A stretch of DNA of 51,995 nt from Anaerolineae bacterium. Lineage in GTDB: Bacteria; Chloroflexota; Anaerolineae; Aggregatilineales; J027. Where the stretch lies: positions 1-51,995 of the forward strand of contig JBNLCD010000002.1 of NCBI GenBank assembly GCA_050303635.1, written 5' to 3'. Position numbers and translations under genes: made by a program. Under the pieces are notes generated by a model. The model made no database searches. It saw nothing but the letters and a program-made list of their open reading frames with translations, and was not told the origin of the DNA. How positions within the stretch are numbered: position 1 is the stretch's first letter; each line of letters starts with the position of its first letter. Positions 17,001-25,500 of the stretch are shown here, one piece after another.

Positions 17001-19996
17001 GCCAGACGTTCAATAAATGAAACGGCTTCTGGGGTGAACGCATGGGGAGTTTCGGTGAAAAGATGGATAAACCCAACATATTGTTCACCAAAACGAATAG
17101 GTTCGACAATACCGCCCCGTGCCTCAATAGGTGATGCGTCTAAATCCGACCCAAAATAGTCTTCAACAAAAACACCTTTGTTTAAATTGAAGCTTTGTTG
17201 CTCAATTGAAGTTAAGCGATCATCCCCAATCGTGACAGCCCCTTCGGCATCATCAAACAGGGTTGTGGCACCAATCCGAGCTTCAATGCGCGGTGTATCT
17301 TCATCGAGCCATGTGTCTTGGGCGCGGAATAATACTACGCTAACATCATCGGCGGCAGTCGTCCGTAAGGCTTCGCCACGAATAACGTCCAAAATTCGGT
17401 CTAGCAACAGGGTTTGGTTCAGTTCGCGGCTAATACGGTCTAGCGCTTCTTGTTCTTCAATGCGGGCCCGCAAGTCTTGGTCAACGCTAGATTGGAGTTG
17501 GACCCGTTCGAGCGCCGTCGCTACCTGGGCAGAAATCGTCAGCCCAATTTGTTCATCATCTTCATTAAAAATGCCTTGTTGTTTGTTCGCCAGGAAGAAT
17601 TCACCAACAACCCGTTGATTGCTGATCATGGGAACAACAACAATATCTTTAATCCCTAAACTGCCAAAAATTTGACGGTAAACCGGTAAGGCGCGCTCAT
17701 CGTCAGCAATATTGATAGTCCGTAATGGTTTACGCGAGAGTACAACACTGTTAGCAAACCCTGTACTGTATACATCAAAGACGATGGGATTATTGAGCTT
17801 AATACCATAGACCGTTTCTTGGTCATATTTCAGCTTGCCTGTTTGGGTTTCCAACATCCCAAAGCCCGCCAAATCAACTTCCATAACATCCGTGATTTGT
17901 TCTAGAACTTTGGCGAAGATTTCTTCACGACTGGTTGCCGAGAATGCAATTTCCGCAACTTGTTGTAACCCTTGGATTTCTTTGGTGAGGCGATCAGCAT
18001 CGCGATATAAACGGATATTGTCAATTAAGACGGCCGCTTGACCTGCTGAAATGGTTAAGACGCGCGCATCATTGGCGTCAAATTCAGTACCATCTAATTT
18101 ATCAGATACTTGCAGTAAACCTAAACGCTTGCCACCCATGGTCAATGGAGCAAAGAGTACCCGTTTGATACCGACTGAACCCGCAATTTGGGAAAAGCTA
18201 CCGGCCCCCGGCCATTTTTCATTATTAAGATTATTGCTCAACCAATATTCGCGGTCACTATAAAGTTGGGCAAATACTGAGCCATCTTCAATTGGTATTT
18301 GATAAAAGCGAATACTTTCATCGTCTAAACCGTAGAATGGCGTTTGGGCCAATAATAGTTGGGTTTGTTCATCTTCATTAAGCGGATTTTCTTCAAAGAA
18401 GAGAACACCACAGGTCTCGACTTCCATCAACTCCGCAATGCGCTTGTTGATTTCAGCAAGTAATTCCTGCAAATTATCAGCCCGCATACCTTGAGCTAAT
18501 TCTTGCAAACCACCTAAGTCAGCAATATGGCGGCGTTCGCGCTGATAGAGATTCGCATTTTCGACCACAACAGTTGCTTGAGCGGTAAAGATACTCAATA
18601 AACGCATATCATCATTATTGAAGCCACCACTCTCGCGTTTGTTAGCCACAAGCAACGCACCAATCCGCTTATTCCCGATCAGCATCGGAATAAGTGCGGC
18701 ATTTCTTAAATTACTGGCTTCTGCGAGTTTATCGAGTTGAAGAGCATGGGCAGATTCAGAGTTGCGCAAATCGTTGGCATACCACCATGTTTGGTTGTTC
18801 CAAACATTCCAGGCATGGCTACCTTCAATCATCGGAATATTGAAGACCGACATGACGCTATCTGGGATACCATAAAATGGTAATTGACAGCTTAAGGCTT
18901 CACTATCTTCGTCATAGCGTAAAATACCGGCAACTTCTACGCGAGAAAGCTCACCGATACGGTTGTGCAATTGTTCATAGAGTGTGTGTTGATCAACTGG
19001 ATCATCAATTGTTTGGAGAATTTGTTGCAACCCAGCTAGTTGCATCAAACGATTTGCTTGCTCATTGGTCAGTAAGGCATTTTCAATAGCAATCGCGGCT
19101 TGCCCCGCCACTGCTTCTAATAGATCAATATCTTCATGGTTGAAGGCGTGAAGTTCATAATCGCCGAGTTCTAGAGTACCAATAAAGCGGTCGCCAATAG
19201 TAAGTGGCATCCCGACATAACTTTTATAGGGATATGATTCTAATTTGGGGCGAACATCGGAGCGCATTCCGACATTCCCTAATAATAAAGGTTGACGGTA
19301 ACGAGCGATCCAGCCAGTGAAGCCTTCATCAACTTCATACATGCCACCCGCTTTGCTGACTTCATCTGCATAGGCACGGTCACCCACACTGCCTACCGGA
19401 CGCAAACCATTTATATCACTATCCCATAAAGTGATTTCGCCTGTATCGAAGCTCATCACTTGTGCAATACTATTTAAGATAGCGCCCAAGGTTTCACTTA
19501 AATCAAGACCACTCGTAATGGTTTTGCTGATTTCTTGGATCACGATGAGCGTACGGGTAGGATCTTCACTATCTTCGTCAGATGAAGCACTCAATTCACG
19601 TAAGACAATGACCATGTGCCGCCCTTGTTCCGTTGGAACAAAGTGAGACGTGGCCTGAATACGCCGTAAACCTAAACGAAAGGTTGCTTGTCCTTCATCG
19701 GCAAAAAGTTCATGAAAGAGTTCAGAAGGTTGAGCCCGCCCAGCTAAAATAGCGAGATTTGGCTCGCCGCTGTTTAGCCCAAACCAATCGCGGGCACGGT
19801 CATTAACATAAACCAGATGCCCACGCCCTTCAGCTACAATAACACCACTCTCATTATCCATCAGATTCAGAGGGACAATGGGTTTATTATGCGCCGCTTG
19901 CTGACGGGTCTGGCTCCGCAACATTTGTGCGGTAAATGCCCAAATCCAACCAGTCATGACAATGCCGCTAATGACGAGAATGATTTCTACACTCAT
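11066..19996 (-). CDS. Giant membrane-anchored multi-GAF/PAS sensor histidine kinase (about 13 GAF, 2 PAS, HisKA, HATPase_c)
   Basis: 2976-aa uninterrupted ORF with an N-terminal TM helix (IILVISGIVMTGWIWAF). The GAF-terminal helix motif (A/S)xQ(A/V)AxAIxNAxL(Y/F) recurs 13 times. Two PAS-like segments are present (…IVVLDDQMNIQLVNAF… and …DGVMYANEEGIIKIFNHTSERILG…). Kinase motifs are an H-box SHELRTPMTSIKGY, N-box ADNAFNYTP, G1 DTGIGIP and G2 GTGLGLAIV. Confidence 0.9.
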   Translation of the reverse strand: MSVEIILVISGIVMTGWIWAFTAQMLRSQTRQQAAHNKPIVPLNLMDNESGVIVAEGRGHLVYVNDRARDWFGLNSGEPNLAILAGRAQPSELFHELFADEGQATFRLGLRRIQATSHFVPTEQGRHMVIVLRELSASSDEDSEDPTRTLIVIQEISKTITSGLDLSETLGAILNSIAQVMSFDTGEITLWDSDINGLRPVGSVGDRAYADEVSKAGGMYEVDEGFTGWIARYRQPLLLGNVGMRSDVRPKLESYPYKSYVGMPLTIGDRFIGTLELGDYELHAFNHEDIDLLEAVAGQAAIAIENALLTNEQANRLMQLAGLQQILQTIDDPVDQHTLYEQLHNRIGELSRVEVAGILRYDEDSEALSCQLPFYGIPDSVMSVFNIPMIEGSHAWNVWNNQTWWYANDLRNSESAHALQLDKLAEASNLRNAALIPMLIGNKRIGALLVANKRESGGFNNDDMRLLSIFTAQATVVVENANLYQRERRHIADLGGLQELAQGMRADNLQELLAEINKRIAELMEVETCGVLFFEENPLNEDEQTQLLLAQTPFYGLDDESIRFYQIPIEDGSVFAQLYSDREYWLSNNLNNEKWPGAGSFSQIAGSVGIKRVLFAPLTMGGKRLGLLQVSDKLDGTEFDANDARVLTISAGQAAVLIDNIRLYRDADRLTKEIQGLQQVAEIAFSATSREEIFAKVLEQITDVMEVDLAGFGMLETQTGKLKYDQETVYGIKLNNPIVFDVYSTGFANSVVLSRKPLRTINIADDERALPVYRQIFGSLGIKDIVVVPMISNQRVVGEFFLANKQQGIFNEDDEQIGLTISAQVATALERVQLQSSVDQDLRARIEEQEALDRISRELNQTLLLDRILDVIRGEALRTTAADDVSVVLFRAQDTWLDEDTPRIEARIGATTLFDDAEGAVTIGDDRLTSIEQQSFNLNKGVFVEDYFGSDLDASPIEARGGIVEPIRFGEQYVGFIHLFTETPHAFTPEAVSFIERLARQASLAVSNARRYRDQLELNERLRGRVNQAEQIFGLSEMLREGASLEEIMEEIAHDIGETLGFRVVTINTLAASGEVFNVSGYAGIPVDQVGTLLTKLNEISTIEGLMDDKWRLGNNSYYLPIELEHEWWTENLTLFDAPMGSLAEGKTRTWTPKDFCFVPMLGTNDKLLGYITLDDPIDGQRPAIATIESLEVFASQAAFIFENFQLVQNVQEEAESARRERDRLAQLHLVSSEIQRAGDMLSRLQAVADGIVSATGWQRVQITLRDEHLEPTLLIQAGYTEEEADRLHTKLLPGKIWRERLNDLEFHEMKLGSGYYLRYDAPWVQKNIYRGTSPDEIPTDYWHPQDVLYIPLLGHDQARIIGMMRLEAPQDNERPTEDTIRPLELFAVQAAAAIENTRLYQETQQRARTEQRLNELMEAMASTLDQTEIVQALSTGLQPLIAFTRMHLAIPRGTQAQNFDMTRVELTPDGKAHIFPDNPVSMEASALGKVYQDHEMLKFNVIESDDIANYHDLKTWNDEGERAVLIVPMVAGGNTIGVLRLGSELDRAFATAEQGDTLNLVQRMANLSAVSIQNSRLFSSLDETTSFNQAVVQSIQQGIVVLDDQMNIQLVNAFMVNRYAWTIEAVGRPLFAYRPDFKDFLEHSILTALETGEDQTQFDVQDTDAEGNLIIRNFYTYPLRQGERITGVVLLVEDITDRALLEVDLASRAEQLAALTRVSGKMTETLKPDEVADIILDSLGEVIPYDGVTLWMIDPAHEGRLQIEAARGFRDEGTASVEELLGLWVEIENSALFREMADTQQQIRVHDTTADDPRFPYGKSRIYKSWLGAPLISKGEIIGVLQLEKRQAGFYNEQHEQLVLTFANQAAVALNNAQLFAETQQRAEELNRQTKQLSLLNRVSQDLAQSLDLENIFEVTLRETAQALNVEEAAAIQIDTQYNVGRLRIEYPRGDAEPTQVFTLNDNAVYRVLRDTLYPRVIKNTDDNELAESIRPLLRREDASSILIVPMVISGSIVGLMRFDLFDGQDFSNEQVELARTIANQAAIAVQNASLFEQSVQRTYELETLFESAQSTATSLRLEDALERVAMQMISSARADAAIVMLWNAHNNRLQVHEAVSMYDDLVPERGVSFNIDEYPIRSRVMRDQRSEILRVENPEIDEVERANMEELDVHIRLFAPLVVNENTIGVAQLDIKEKGRVFETGQIRLIRTLASQAAVAIENARLQTETQAQVEELSLINEISTAVSSTMELDSMLNTLRYKLPTLAQAEFTYITLYESGANEIAFPVAVNQRGENVEMKAYAPTEGDELHFVLQNRVPLLKTANFSLPVEFKKPLFPTAKSLLIAPMIITSEVIGMIILRDDQSADKFNLSEQRTLTTIASQVATAIQNARLFRQVASSAEILEQRVDERTQELDQERQRLSTLYEVATEIAETTLDLDKVLQRALELISEAINATSAVVLAVDEISDHLFVLATMGQDSGTTITPEPVELRQNEGLAGWIIQQRQGIVLDDVQKDPRWVTVTEKHRQPHAVVATLLASGEDIRGVIMFYSEEIGIFNDDHLRLVTAAARQLANAMNSAELYGLIRDQAERLGAILRQEQVESTKNSTILDSVADGVMYANEEGIIKIFNHTSERILGMSANQVLNRNIQELTGIYGGGASGWTEAMQEWMRDPTQYQTGEYHEEIIHLEDGKVISARLSPVNMGDQFLGTVSVFRDITREAEVDRLKSEFVATVSHELRTPMTSIKGYADLLLLGAAGDVSETQARFLETIKQNADRLSILVNDLLEVSRIDQGQLQLRFIAVNVSEVFQVINKHLSGRIKDDDKSLTVRIEVEKNLPDVRADYEKLVQIIQNLADNAFNYTPDGGKVTLGAQFITDDEQIVITVADTGIGIPEDVRDRIFERFFRGDEYSEVVMDTPGTGLGLAIVRELVLMHSGEIGFTSTVGEGTTFYVRLPIAREDNLSSDEENSDSEAES

Positions 19997-20099
19997 TTAT
20001 GCCACCGCAATGCTTAATCAATAAAATAGAATGACGGGCAGGTAAAAAGCCCGCCCTTAATTTGAATTGTAACGTGTCTATATGGAAATTGCTTGTGGT

Positions 20100-21008
20100 T
20101 TACCAGCTGGTCTCAATATCTTCAAATACGTCTGTACCACCACTCCGCCGATCTTCCGCCGCACGTTCTGTGATTTCGCGAATATCTGCAAATTGATGAG
20201 TGGAATTAGATACTGCGCCTACCACTAATGTCATCAACGGTACTTCTTTGCCTTCGCGTTCCATATAACCGCGTTCACGGTCAATGAAAGAATAGTGTTG
20301 TTGGACATCTTGGTTGAATTTTTCAACCATGTTCTCTTTGAACTTTTCAGAATCGGCGGCATACGTGATGATGACAAAATTATCACTGCCCGGATGTCCT
20401 AAAAAGTCATTGGGTGTGCCGTTTGTATCCACGATTTCACCCATTAAGAGTGCCATAAAACGCATGACTTCTGTACCAGCGACAAAGCCGTAGACTTCTT
20501 TAAAATCATCAAAATTATTGACTTTACAATCAAAATAAGTCCAAGTTTCACTGGAGCGCATTAAATCCCGAAGACGTTCTTCAATAATGGCGCTACTGGG
20601 CAGACCACTATTGGGATCTGTATAATTTTCGCGTTCAGCCCGATCAATTTGATTTTTTACCCGAAGTTTCAATTCTTCGATATCAAATGGCTTCGTAATA
20701 TAATCGTCAGCCCCTAGTTCTAAACCAGTGATTTTGTCTGAACGTTCATCCTTTTGAGTCAAAAAGATGATGGGAATATGGCTGGTACGGGTGGTTTGGC
20801 GCAGGGATCGACAAACATCATACCCATTCATATCAGGGAGCATGATGTCTAATACGATCAATTGAGGCAGAGCCTTACGAGTTTCCTCTAAGGCATCGCC
20901 GCCGCGTGCCGCTACTGCAACATCATAACCTTGCCCGCTAAAATAAATACGGAGCATATTTGAAATGTCCAAATCGTCTTCGACGATAAGAATGCGACCT
21001 TTACTCAT
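20100..21008 (-). CDS. Response regulator: receiver domain fused to a degenerate GGDEF-like domain (GSDNF)
   Basis: The receiver reads ILIVEDDLD...LIVLDIMLPDMNG...ITKPF. The C-terminal domain has a GGDEF-fold signature (TDPNSGLPSSAII...), but the active-site motif reads GHPGSDNF instead of RxGGDEF. The start is placed at ATG 21008, with GGAGG 8 nt upstream; the ORF track extends to 21062. Confidence 0.75.
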   Translation of the reverse strand: MSKGRILIVEDDLDISNMLRIYFSGQGYDVAVAARGGDALEETRKALPQLIVLDIMLPDMNGYDVCRSLRQTTRTSHIPIIFLTQKDERSDKITGLELGADDYITKPFDIEELKLRVKNQIDRAERENYTDPNSGLPSSAIIEERLRDLMRSSETWTYFDCKVNNFDDFKEVYGFVAGTEVMRFMALLMGEIVDTNGTPNDFLGHPGSDNFVIITYAADSEKFKENMVEKFNQDVQQHYSFIDRERGYMEREGKEVPLMTLVVGAVSNSTHQFADIREITERAAEDRRSGGTDVFEDIETSW

Positions 21009-21145
21009 GAACTCAACCTCCCCATTTTGGGGTCTCTTGTGGCAAGTATTGATAAGAACCATAACAAAGTTTGGCGATATTGTAACATATATCGTGTAAT
21101 AAAGCAGGCAAAAGAATCAACTTACATCCAAAGAATTGATTTAGG

Positions 21146-22258
21146 TTAAGCGGGTGACCACAGTGGTCGATTTCGCAAGGCATTTTCCCGCACAAAATCA
21201 ATCTGGGTCTGGCTCACTGCTTTTTCAAAACTCCGAAATCCACTTAACTTAAATCCATGCTCTGTGGCTAATATACCGATTTCCCGTACCCGCTCAATTG
21301 TAATATATTTACCTAAACTGTAATCTTCATATTTACCGGATAATGCCAAGACCATTGTTTCCGCCATACAGGCATAAGCCTTACCGGGCGGAAAGCCGAA
21401 ATCAAAATTGAAATTCACCGGTCCGGGTACTTCAACCATGCCGCCTTCAATAATGAGTACATCATCTCGTTTTTCTTGAACGGCGCGACTCACATCACGC
21501 GGACGGGCCACATCACAAACCACTGCTCCCGGTTTCATATGTTCCGGTTCAATGATTGCGCCAACTGCACTGCTAACCGTTAAAATCAGATCAGCATCAT
21601 AAATATCGGCAACATCGACACTAGCAATGACTTTAGCAAGTTGACCTTCACACCGTTGCCGCGCTTCTTCAACTGCATCGGGGCGTCGCCCAATCACAAC
21701 CAATTCAGCGACTTGACCAGCTAGCAACTCTGCACAAGCCCCGCCAATTGCACCTGTTGCACCAACGATGGCGGCTTTAGCCTGATTTAGTGGAATTCCC
21801 ATAATTTTGGCGGCTTCACGGACAGCTTCAACAGCCATAAAAACTGTGTAGCTGTCTCCATTAGTCACAGGTACATCCAAACGATCCGCAATAGTAACAC
21901 CGGCATCGCCTACCACGGATGTATATGCACCGAGACCAACAACGTTGGCTCCTAAATTGGCGGCCATCTGACCAGTGGCTACAATTTTGTTGTAGACCCG
22001 TTCTATTGGTAAGCGCATCATAGTTGGTGGCGTATAAGGTGCGGCAACAAACCAACCCGTAATTTGACGACCTGTACTTTGCGATTGGATGCCGTCAATT
22101 TGACTGATATAAACGGGCGGGAAAAACTGCGAAAAGAAATTAATTTGACCTTCGGTTAAGATGTTGCCCAAAAATGGATATTTACGCGCAACATCGCGTT
22201 TAATGTCAATGGGGTGAATGATGAACGCAAAGGTATCAGGTTGAATGGTGGCAGACAT
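21146..22258 (-). CDS. NAD(P)-dependent oxidoreductase of the cyanobacterial acyl-ACP reductase (AAR)-like / shikimate-DH-fold family
   Basis: 370 aa. From memory it is collinear with cyanobacterial AAR: the N-terminus FAFIIHP matches FGLIGHL, the Rossmann segment AAIVGATGAIGGACAELL matches VAVVGATGDIGSAVCRWL, the Cys-containing YACMAETMVLALSG matches FACFAEAMLLEFEG, and the C-terminus ITIERVREIGILATEHGF matches ITIEKMEAIGEASVRHGF. Confidence 0.6.
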   Translation of the reverse strand: MSATIQPDTFAFIIHPIDIKRDVARKYPFLGNILTEGQINFFSQFFPPVYISQIDGIQSQSTGRQITGWFVAAPYTPPTMMRLPIERVYNKIVATGQMAANLGANVVGLGAYTSVVGDAGVTIADRLDVPVTNGDSYTVFMAVEAVREAAKIMGIPLNQAKAAIVGATGAIGGACAELLAGQVAELVVIGRRPDAVEEARQRCEGQLAKVIASVDVADIYDADLILTVSSAVGAIIEPEHMKPGAVVCDVARPRDVSRAVQEKRDDVLIIEGGMVEVPGPVNFNFDFGFPPGKAYACMAETMVLALSGKYEDYSLGKYITIERVREIGILATEHGFKLSGFRSFEKAVSQTQIDFVRENALRNRPLWSPA

Positions 22259-22590
22259 TGACTCGTCGCTTCCCTAGTCCCTATGGAGTGAGTTTCTCTA
22301 ATCCGTAAATGACAAATCTACACGAAATCCAGATGATCTTTTAAGAAAAATATCATAAATTTTGTAAGCGAATTTCCTTAACTGTATCACAAAAACAAGG
22401 TTGGCTAAACAAATGAAGACCCATGACAAAAAAGCTTAACAAATCTCTTCCAAATTAGAAAAACAGATCTTGCTATAGTGGATTTAAAGCTTTACTCGCC
22501 ACGGTCGAGTGCGCAAGCGCGGCATAGCGAATCCCATGTATTCACTGTAAACTCTACCGTAAGTTGGACACAATAAGGTAGTGAAACAGT

Positions 22591-25500
22591 ATGACAGTGA
22601 TTGCCAATCGCTATGAAATTCAAGAAAGACTTGGCGCAGGTGGAATGGGTGAAGTCTATCGAGCCTATGATCGATTGACTGATCAAGTTATTGCCCTCAA
22701 ACAAGTTTTAGTCACCCCAACTCAGTTAGCATTTAATTCCCAAAGTACAATTGATGACGACTGGCTCGCGCTTGCTCGTGAATTTAAGATCCTTGCTTCA
22801 TTACGACATCCACATATTATCAGTGTCCTAGATTATGGCTTTACCGCTGACCGTATTCCCTATTTCACAATGGAGTATCTTGCGGACGCTCAAAATATTC
22901 TGCAAGCGGCGACAGATTTTGATGAAGAGGCCTTAATTGGCCTCATCATTCAATTGTTACAGGGGTTGGCTTATTTGCATCAACGGGGCTTGCTTCATCG
23001 TGATTTGAAGCCAGCTAATGTGATGTTTCACAATAAACAAGTCAAAATGATTGATTTTGGTTTAGCCATTGAACTAAGTCAGATCCAACGTGCGGCGGGT
23101 ACCATTGCCTATCTTGCACCAGAGCAATTTGATAATCATCCAGCGAGTGTTGCCACAGACTTATATGCGGTTGGCCTGATTGCCTATCAACTGTTTCTGA
23201 AAAAATATCCATTCGAGACAACACGATCTATCACCCAATTGATCTTAGCGATTGTGCATGACCCGATTGATTGCAGTGAATTACCGTTATCTGTACGGCC
23301 TATCATTGAAAAACTGCTAGCCAAAAATCCGCAAGAACGCTATACCAGTGCTTATGATGCCATGCAAGCGTTTAGTCAAGCTATTAACCAACAAATTGCA
23401 ACCGACACCGCGCTTATCCGTGAAAGCTTTTTGCAAGCCTCCTCATTTGTGGGGCGTCAAACAGAATTACAAGTGCTTCGAACCAGTTTAACCAAAACCT
23501 TGCAAGGGGAAACGCAATTCTATCTGGTGGGTGGCGAGGCAGGTGTTGGTAAATCACGCTTAGTCGACGAAATCCGCACACAGGCGTTGCTCGATGGGTT
23601 AGTTGTCTTGCGCGGCGAAGGTGTTGAAGGCGGTGGGTTACCCTTCCAATTCTGGCGGACGATTGCGCGGCGCTTGCTCCTGATTGCTCCTGTTTCTGAT
23701 TTTCAGGCCAGCGTTTTAAAAGAAATTGTGCCTGATATTGAGAAATTGATCGAAAGAACTGTGGATATTGCACCATATATGTCCGGCGGGTCACAACAAC
23801 AGCGCTTAGCCATGACAATTGCAGAGATTGTTAAATCTGTCGATCTCCCTATTTTGCTTATTCTCGAAGATTTGCATTGTGCGGCGGAAAGTTTATTGCC
23901 ACTTCAACACCTGCTTAAACTTGCTGATCAAATTCAGCATTTAATAGTCGTGGCAACTTATCGTAATGATGAACGCCCTGAACTTCCCAATACGTTATCC
24001 GATATGGTTGAACTACCACTAACTCGCCTAACAAAATCAGACATAGCCCAACTGACTGAAGCTATGTTGGGGAGATTTGAAAAGCAACAAAAAATTGTCG
24101 ATTTTCTAGCCCGCGAAACCGAAGGCAACACTCTGTTTATGGTCGAAGTCTTGCGCGCCCTAGCTGAAGAAGCGGGGAGTATTCATGAAATAGGCCATGC
24201 TACCTTGCCACCGCATGTTTTAACGGGGAACATGCAAGATGTTCTGTTTAGACGTTTGACTAAAATGCCTGAACATTATCAAACCATTCTCGCTAGTGCG
24301 GCAGTCGTTGGACGCCAAATTGATAGCGCCCTCCTTATCCATATCTACCCAGACATTGATCTCCAAGACTTTTTATTACAAGGCGAAGCGATTTCGATCT
24401 TTGATGTTGAGGAGAATGAATGGCGATTTGCGCATGATAAATTGCGTGAGACAGTTATCCAAAACTTAGAACCAGCCGAAAAATCAACACAACATAGATT
24501 GGTCGCAAGCGCATTGGAAGCCATTTATCCCGACAATGACGATTATGCGGAAGCATTGTTGGAACATTGGCACCAAGCCGGGAACTTTGCCAAAGAATTT
24601 ATCTATCTGCAAGAAGTTGTCCCGCACCATATCCGCGTGAGTGCCGAATTTGCAACTGCGGACTATATTTTGAACCGTGCCTTTGCTCAGTTAACTGAAG
24701 ATGATCCCAAGCGCCTCGTTTTACTAAACCTGCAAGCCGAACTTTATGAACGTCAAGGCGAAGCGGCGCAGGGTTTGCCAATCGCAGAAGAAGCCTACGC
24801 ACTTGCCCAAAGTTTAAAAGATTCTTCTGAACTTGCGGATAGCCTCAATAATTTGGGGTTAATTAGTTATGCGATGGGTGAGTTTGAAAAATCTCGAACT
24901 TATTTTCTTGAAAGTTACGAGACTAGCCAAACACTCGCTGACAAGTATCGGATGAGTATCAGTTTAAACAATCTGGGACGGGTTAGCTGGGCTTTAAATG
25001 AGCCAGATCAAAGCAAATATTATCATGAACAATGTCTCGCTTTTCGCCAAGAGATTGGGGACAAAAGAGGGATGGCGATTAGTTGTAACAATTTAGGCGT
25101 GATTGCCAAAAATCAAAAAGAATTAGAACAAGCAAATTACTATTATGAACAATGCATGGAAATTTCACGCGAAATTGGTTATCAGCAAGGCATTTGGGCG
25201 AGTTTAACCAATCTGGGTAATCTCGCTGTGCAGTTTGATGATTTTTCTAAGGCCGATGATTATCTGCAACAATCCTTAGACATTGCCCAAACCATGGGGG
25301 AGAAAATGTCGATGACCCAAAGTCTGATAAATTTGGGGAAGACATATATTCACTACAAAAATGAAAATAGCTGGCAATGGCTCATTCAGTGTTTGGCGCT
25401 TGCCCAAAATATCCAAGCCACCCATATGATCTATGAAACAATAGTTGCTATTGCTGATTATTTCTTATGGCAAGAGGATGCCCTCCAAGCCGCTCAATTA

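Noticed and set aside
11549-19089. About 20 plus-strand ORFs of 64-146 aa inside the giant kinase gene (for example 17178-17618, 16650-16964, 11622-11951).
   Set aside because: They lie antisense to a continuous domain-rich 2976-aa ORF. Their translations are low-complexity (Ser/Arg/Ala-rich) with no motifs or RBS. These are typical shadow ORFs.
20037-20057. A hairpin (GGGCAGG/CCCGCCC, one mismatch) between the REC-GGDEF-like gene and the giant kinase as a terminator. Similar weak hairpins occur at 4212-4252, 9481-9508 and 43925-43945.
   Set aside because: The stems are short or mismatched, the loops are long, or no U-tract follows on the relevant strand. This is not strong enough to annotate as terminators.
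20959-21201. N-terminal extensions and bridging ORFs, such as 21013-21201 and the upstream Met of 20100-21062. Similar extensions occur at 8203, 26273, 30941, 41192 and 45173.
   Set aside because: In each case an internal ATG is preceded at 5-10 nt by a good Shine-Dalgarno sequence and gives a canonical protein N-terminus (receiver beta1, signal peptide, and so on). The shorter starts were therefore preferred.
23414-23818. A 134-aa minus-strand ORF inside the kinase-AAA-TPR gene.
   Set aside because: It lies antisense to the well-supported P-loop region, is Arg-rich with no recognisable motif, and has no RBS. It is a shadow ORF.
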